A DNA stretch of 64,000 bases, from contig CM068757.1 of assembly GCA_035084275.1 (NCBI GenBank), positions 4,960,001 through 5,024,000 on the forward strand, read 5' to 3'. Shown here piece after piece: positions 62,960 to 64,000 of the stretch. Numbering within the stretch: the first letter of the stretch is position 1; each line of letters starts with the position of its first letter. The notes below the pieces were generated by a model. The model made no database searches. It was given only the letters and a program-made list of their open reading frames with translations, and was not told where the DNA came from. The DNA is from Hydrolagus colliei (Eukaryota). A program made the position numbers and the translations under genes.

Positions 62960-63195
62960 TTAGGGGCAATTCGAATGGTACAGGACCTGGATCTATAGTT
63001 GGTTTGAATCCCGATCTGTGGATTGTGGGCAAACTGGAAGTGCTTTATCTCGTGGTTTGGAAGCATAAAATCAGCCAGGTTTACTGCTCCTGATCCTTCT
63101 TCAGAACTCTCCAATACTAATGCGTACACGTAGCTGGGTAGCTGGGTGGGGAGAGGTGATGCTCAGCTCTATACTTGGGTGACCAAAGACACTCA
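62960..63195 (+). mobile_element. Old tRNA-SINE-like remnant
   Basis: B-box ggtttgaatccc followed by gatctgtg (as at ~33356) and aaaatcagccaggtttactgctcctgatc. Confidence 0.4.
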
Positions 63196-63944
63196 AGGCA
63201 GAGAAACACTTAGAACTGGAGAACTGGAGAAAGTACTTAGCAAGAGGAGACGGAGTACCAGGGACATAGTATATGTAACAGTATCACAGTACAAGAAAAT
63301 TAATTGGATATATTACATTGGTTAAACAAAAAGGAATATACTTCATATTTTTTGCATTGCTCAGCATGATACCACAGCCCACATTCATAAAACTCTCACG
63401 GCTTGTGAGAAAGATTTATGTGGTTCCTAAAATAGCACCTTTAGAATCTACAAATGTGAATTTTCTTCAATAAAAGCACACTTTCCATTTGTTACAGAAG
63501 ATTATACCGCATTATAAGGTGAAAAAAATCTATTACAGGAAAAAAAAATTGAATTTACATTGGCCCTGAGAAACAGGTCCTGAATGAGGTGATGTTAATG
63601 CAGAACTCTGCATGAAACGGGGAGGGGGCTGTTTCAACTATACATATATTTATGGACAAGAGTAATGAAGCAATTGATAAAGTTACTGTACCAGAAATCT
63701 TATGTGCAGCTGTAATTACACCGATGCAGACAAGGAAATGATCCATTATCAAATTGAAACTATCGACTTATTAATTAACACTAATAGAAAATGATTTTTC
63801 CACCACTTTAAGCCAGGGAGGGAGGGAGGGGAAGGGGGGAAATATTAACCCCAAACATCTCTGAAGTTGGTAATGTTAAAAATAATATTAATATTACAAA
63901 TATAAGAAGGATTTCTCCAGTGAGCTTTAGAAACAAATACATGT

Positions 63945-64000
63945 ACAACAACAACAAAATTATATTTATAGAGCGCCTTTCACTTCGGGAGGACGTCCCG
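63945..64000 (-). mobile_element. L2 3' tail, runs off the window edge
   Basis: acaacaacaacaaaattatatttatagagcgcctttcacttcgggaggacgtcccg. Confidence 0.9.

Noticed and set aside
1-64000. CRISPR array, operon or prokaryotic defence system
   Set aside because: The sequence is vertebrate non-coding DNA. Repeats are irregularly spaced retroposon ends in both orientations, with no repeat-spacer periodicity or long ORFs.
5069-64000. Strand bias of L2 tails (roughly 2:1 minus) as a clue to host gene direction
   Set aside because: The sample is small and the SINE copies are about balanced, so it is not informative.

Overview
AT-rich, CpG-depleted vertebrate genomic DNA with no protein-coding gene I can recognise. 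It reads as a large intron or gene desert. The repeat content points to a cartilaginous fish, most likely a holocephalan such as Callorhinchus (inference from recalled repeat consensus, not a search). Dominant repeats are a tRNA-headed Deu-domain SINE with an (ATT)n tail, L2 LINE 3' ends with a (GTT)n tail, CR1 3' ends and a Penelope-like terminus. Older fossils include a decayed PIF/Harbinger transposase (~24.1-24.8 kb, minus), a decayed L2/Crack-type reverse transcriptase (~14.0-15.0 kb, minus), an LF-SINE-like element (~59 kb) and a Tigger/pogo-like MITE. Several repeat-free blocks look like conserved non-coding elements. Most notable: many ~65-bp L2 copies end at the base of one 3' hairpin whose fold the SINE tail shares, and two short local direct duplications lie 1.5-1.8 kb apart. 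The supplied ORFs are chance ORFs or repeat remnants. I found no convincing new multi-gene system. Repeat boundaries are approximate.
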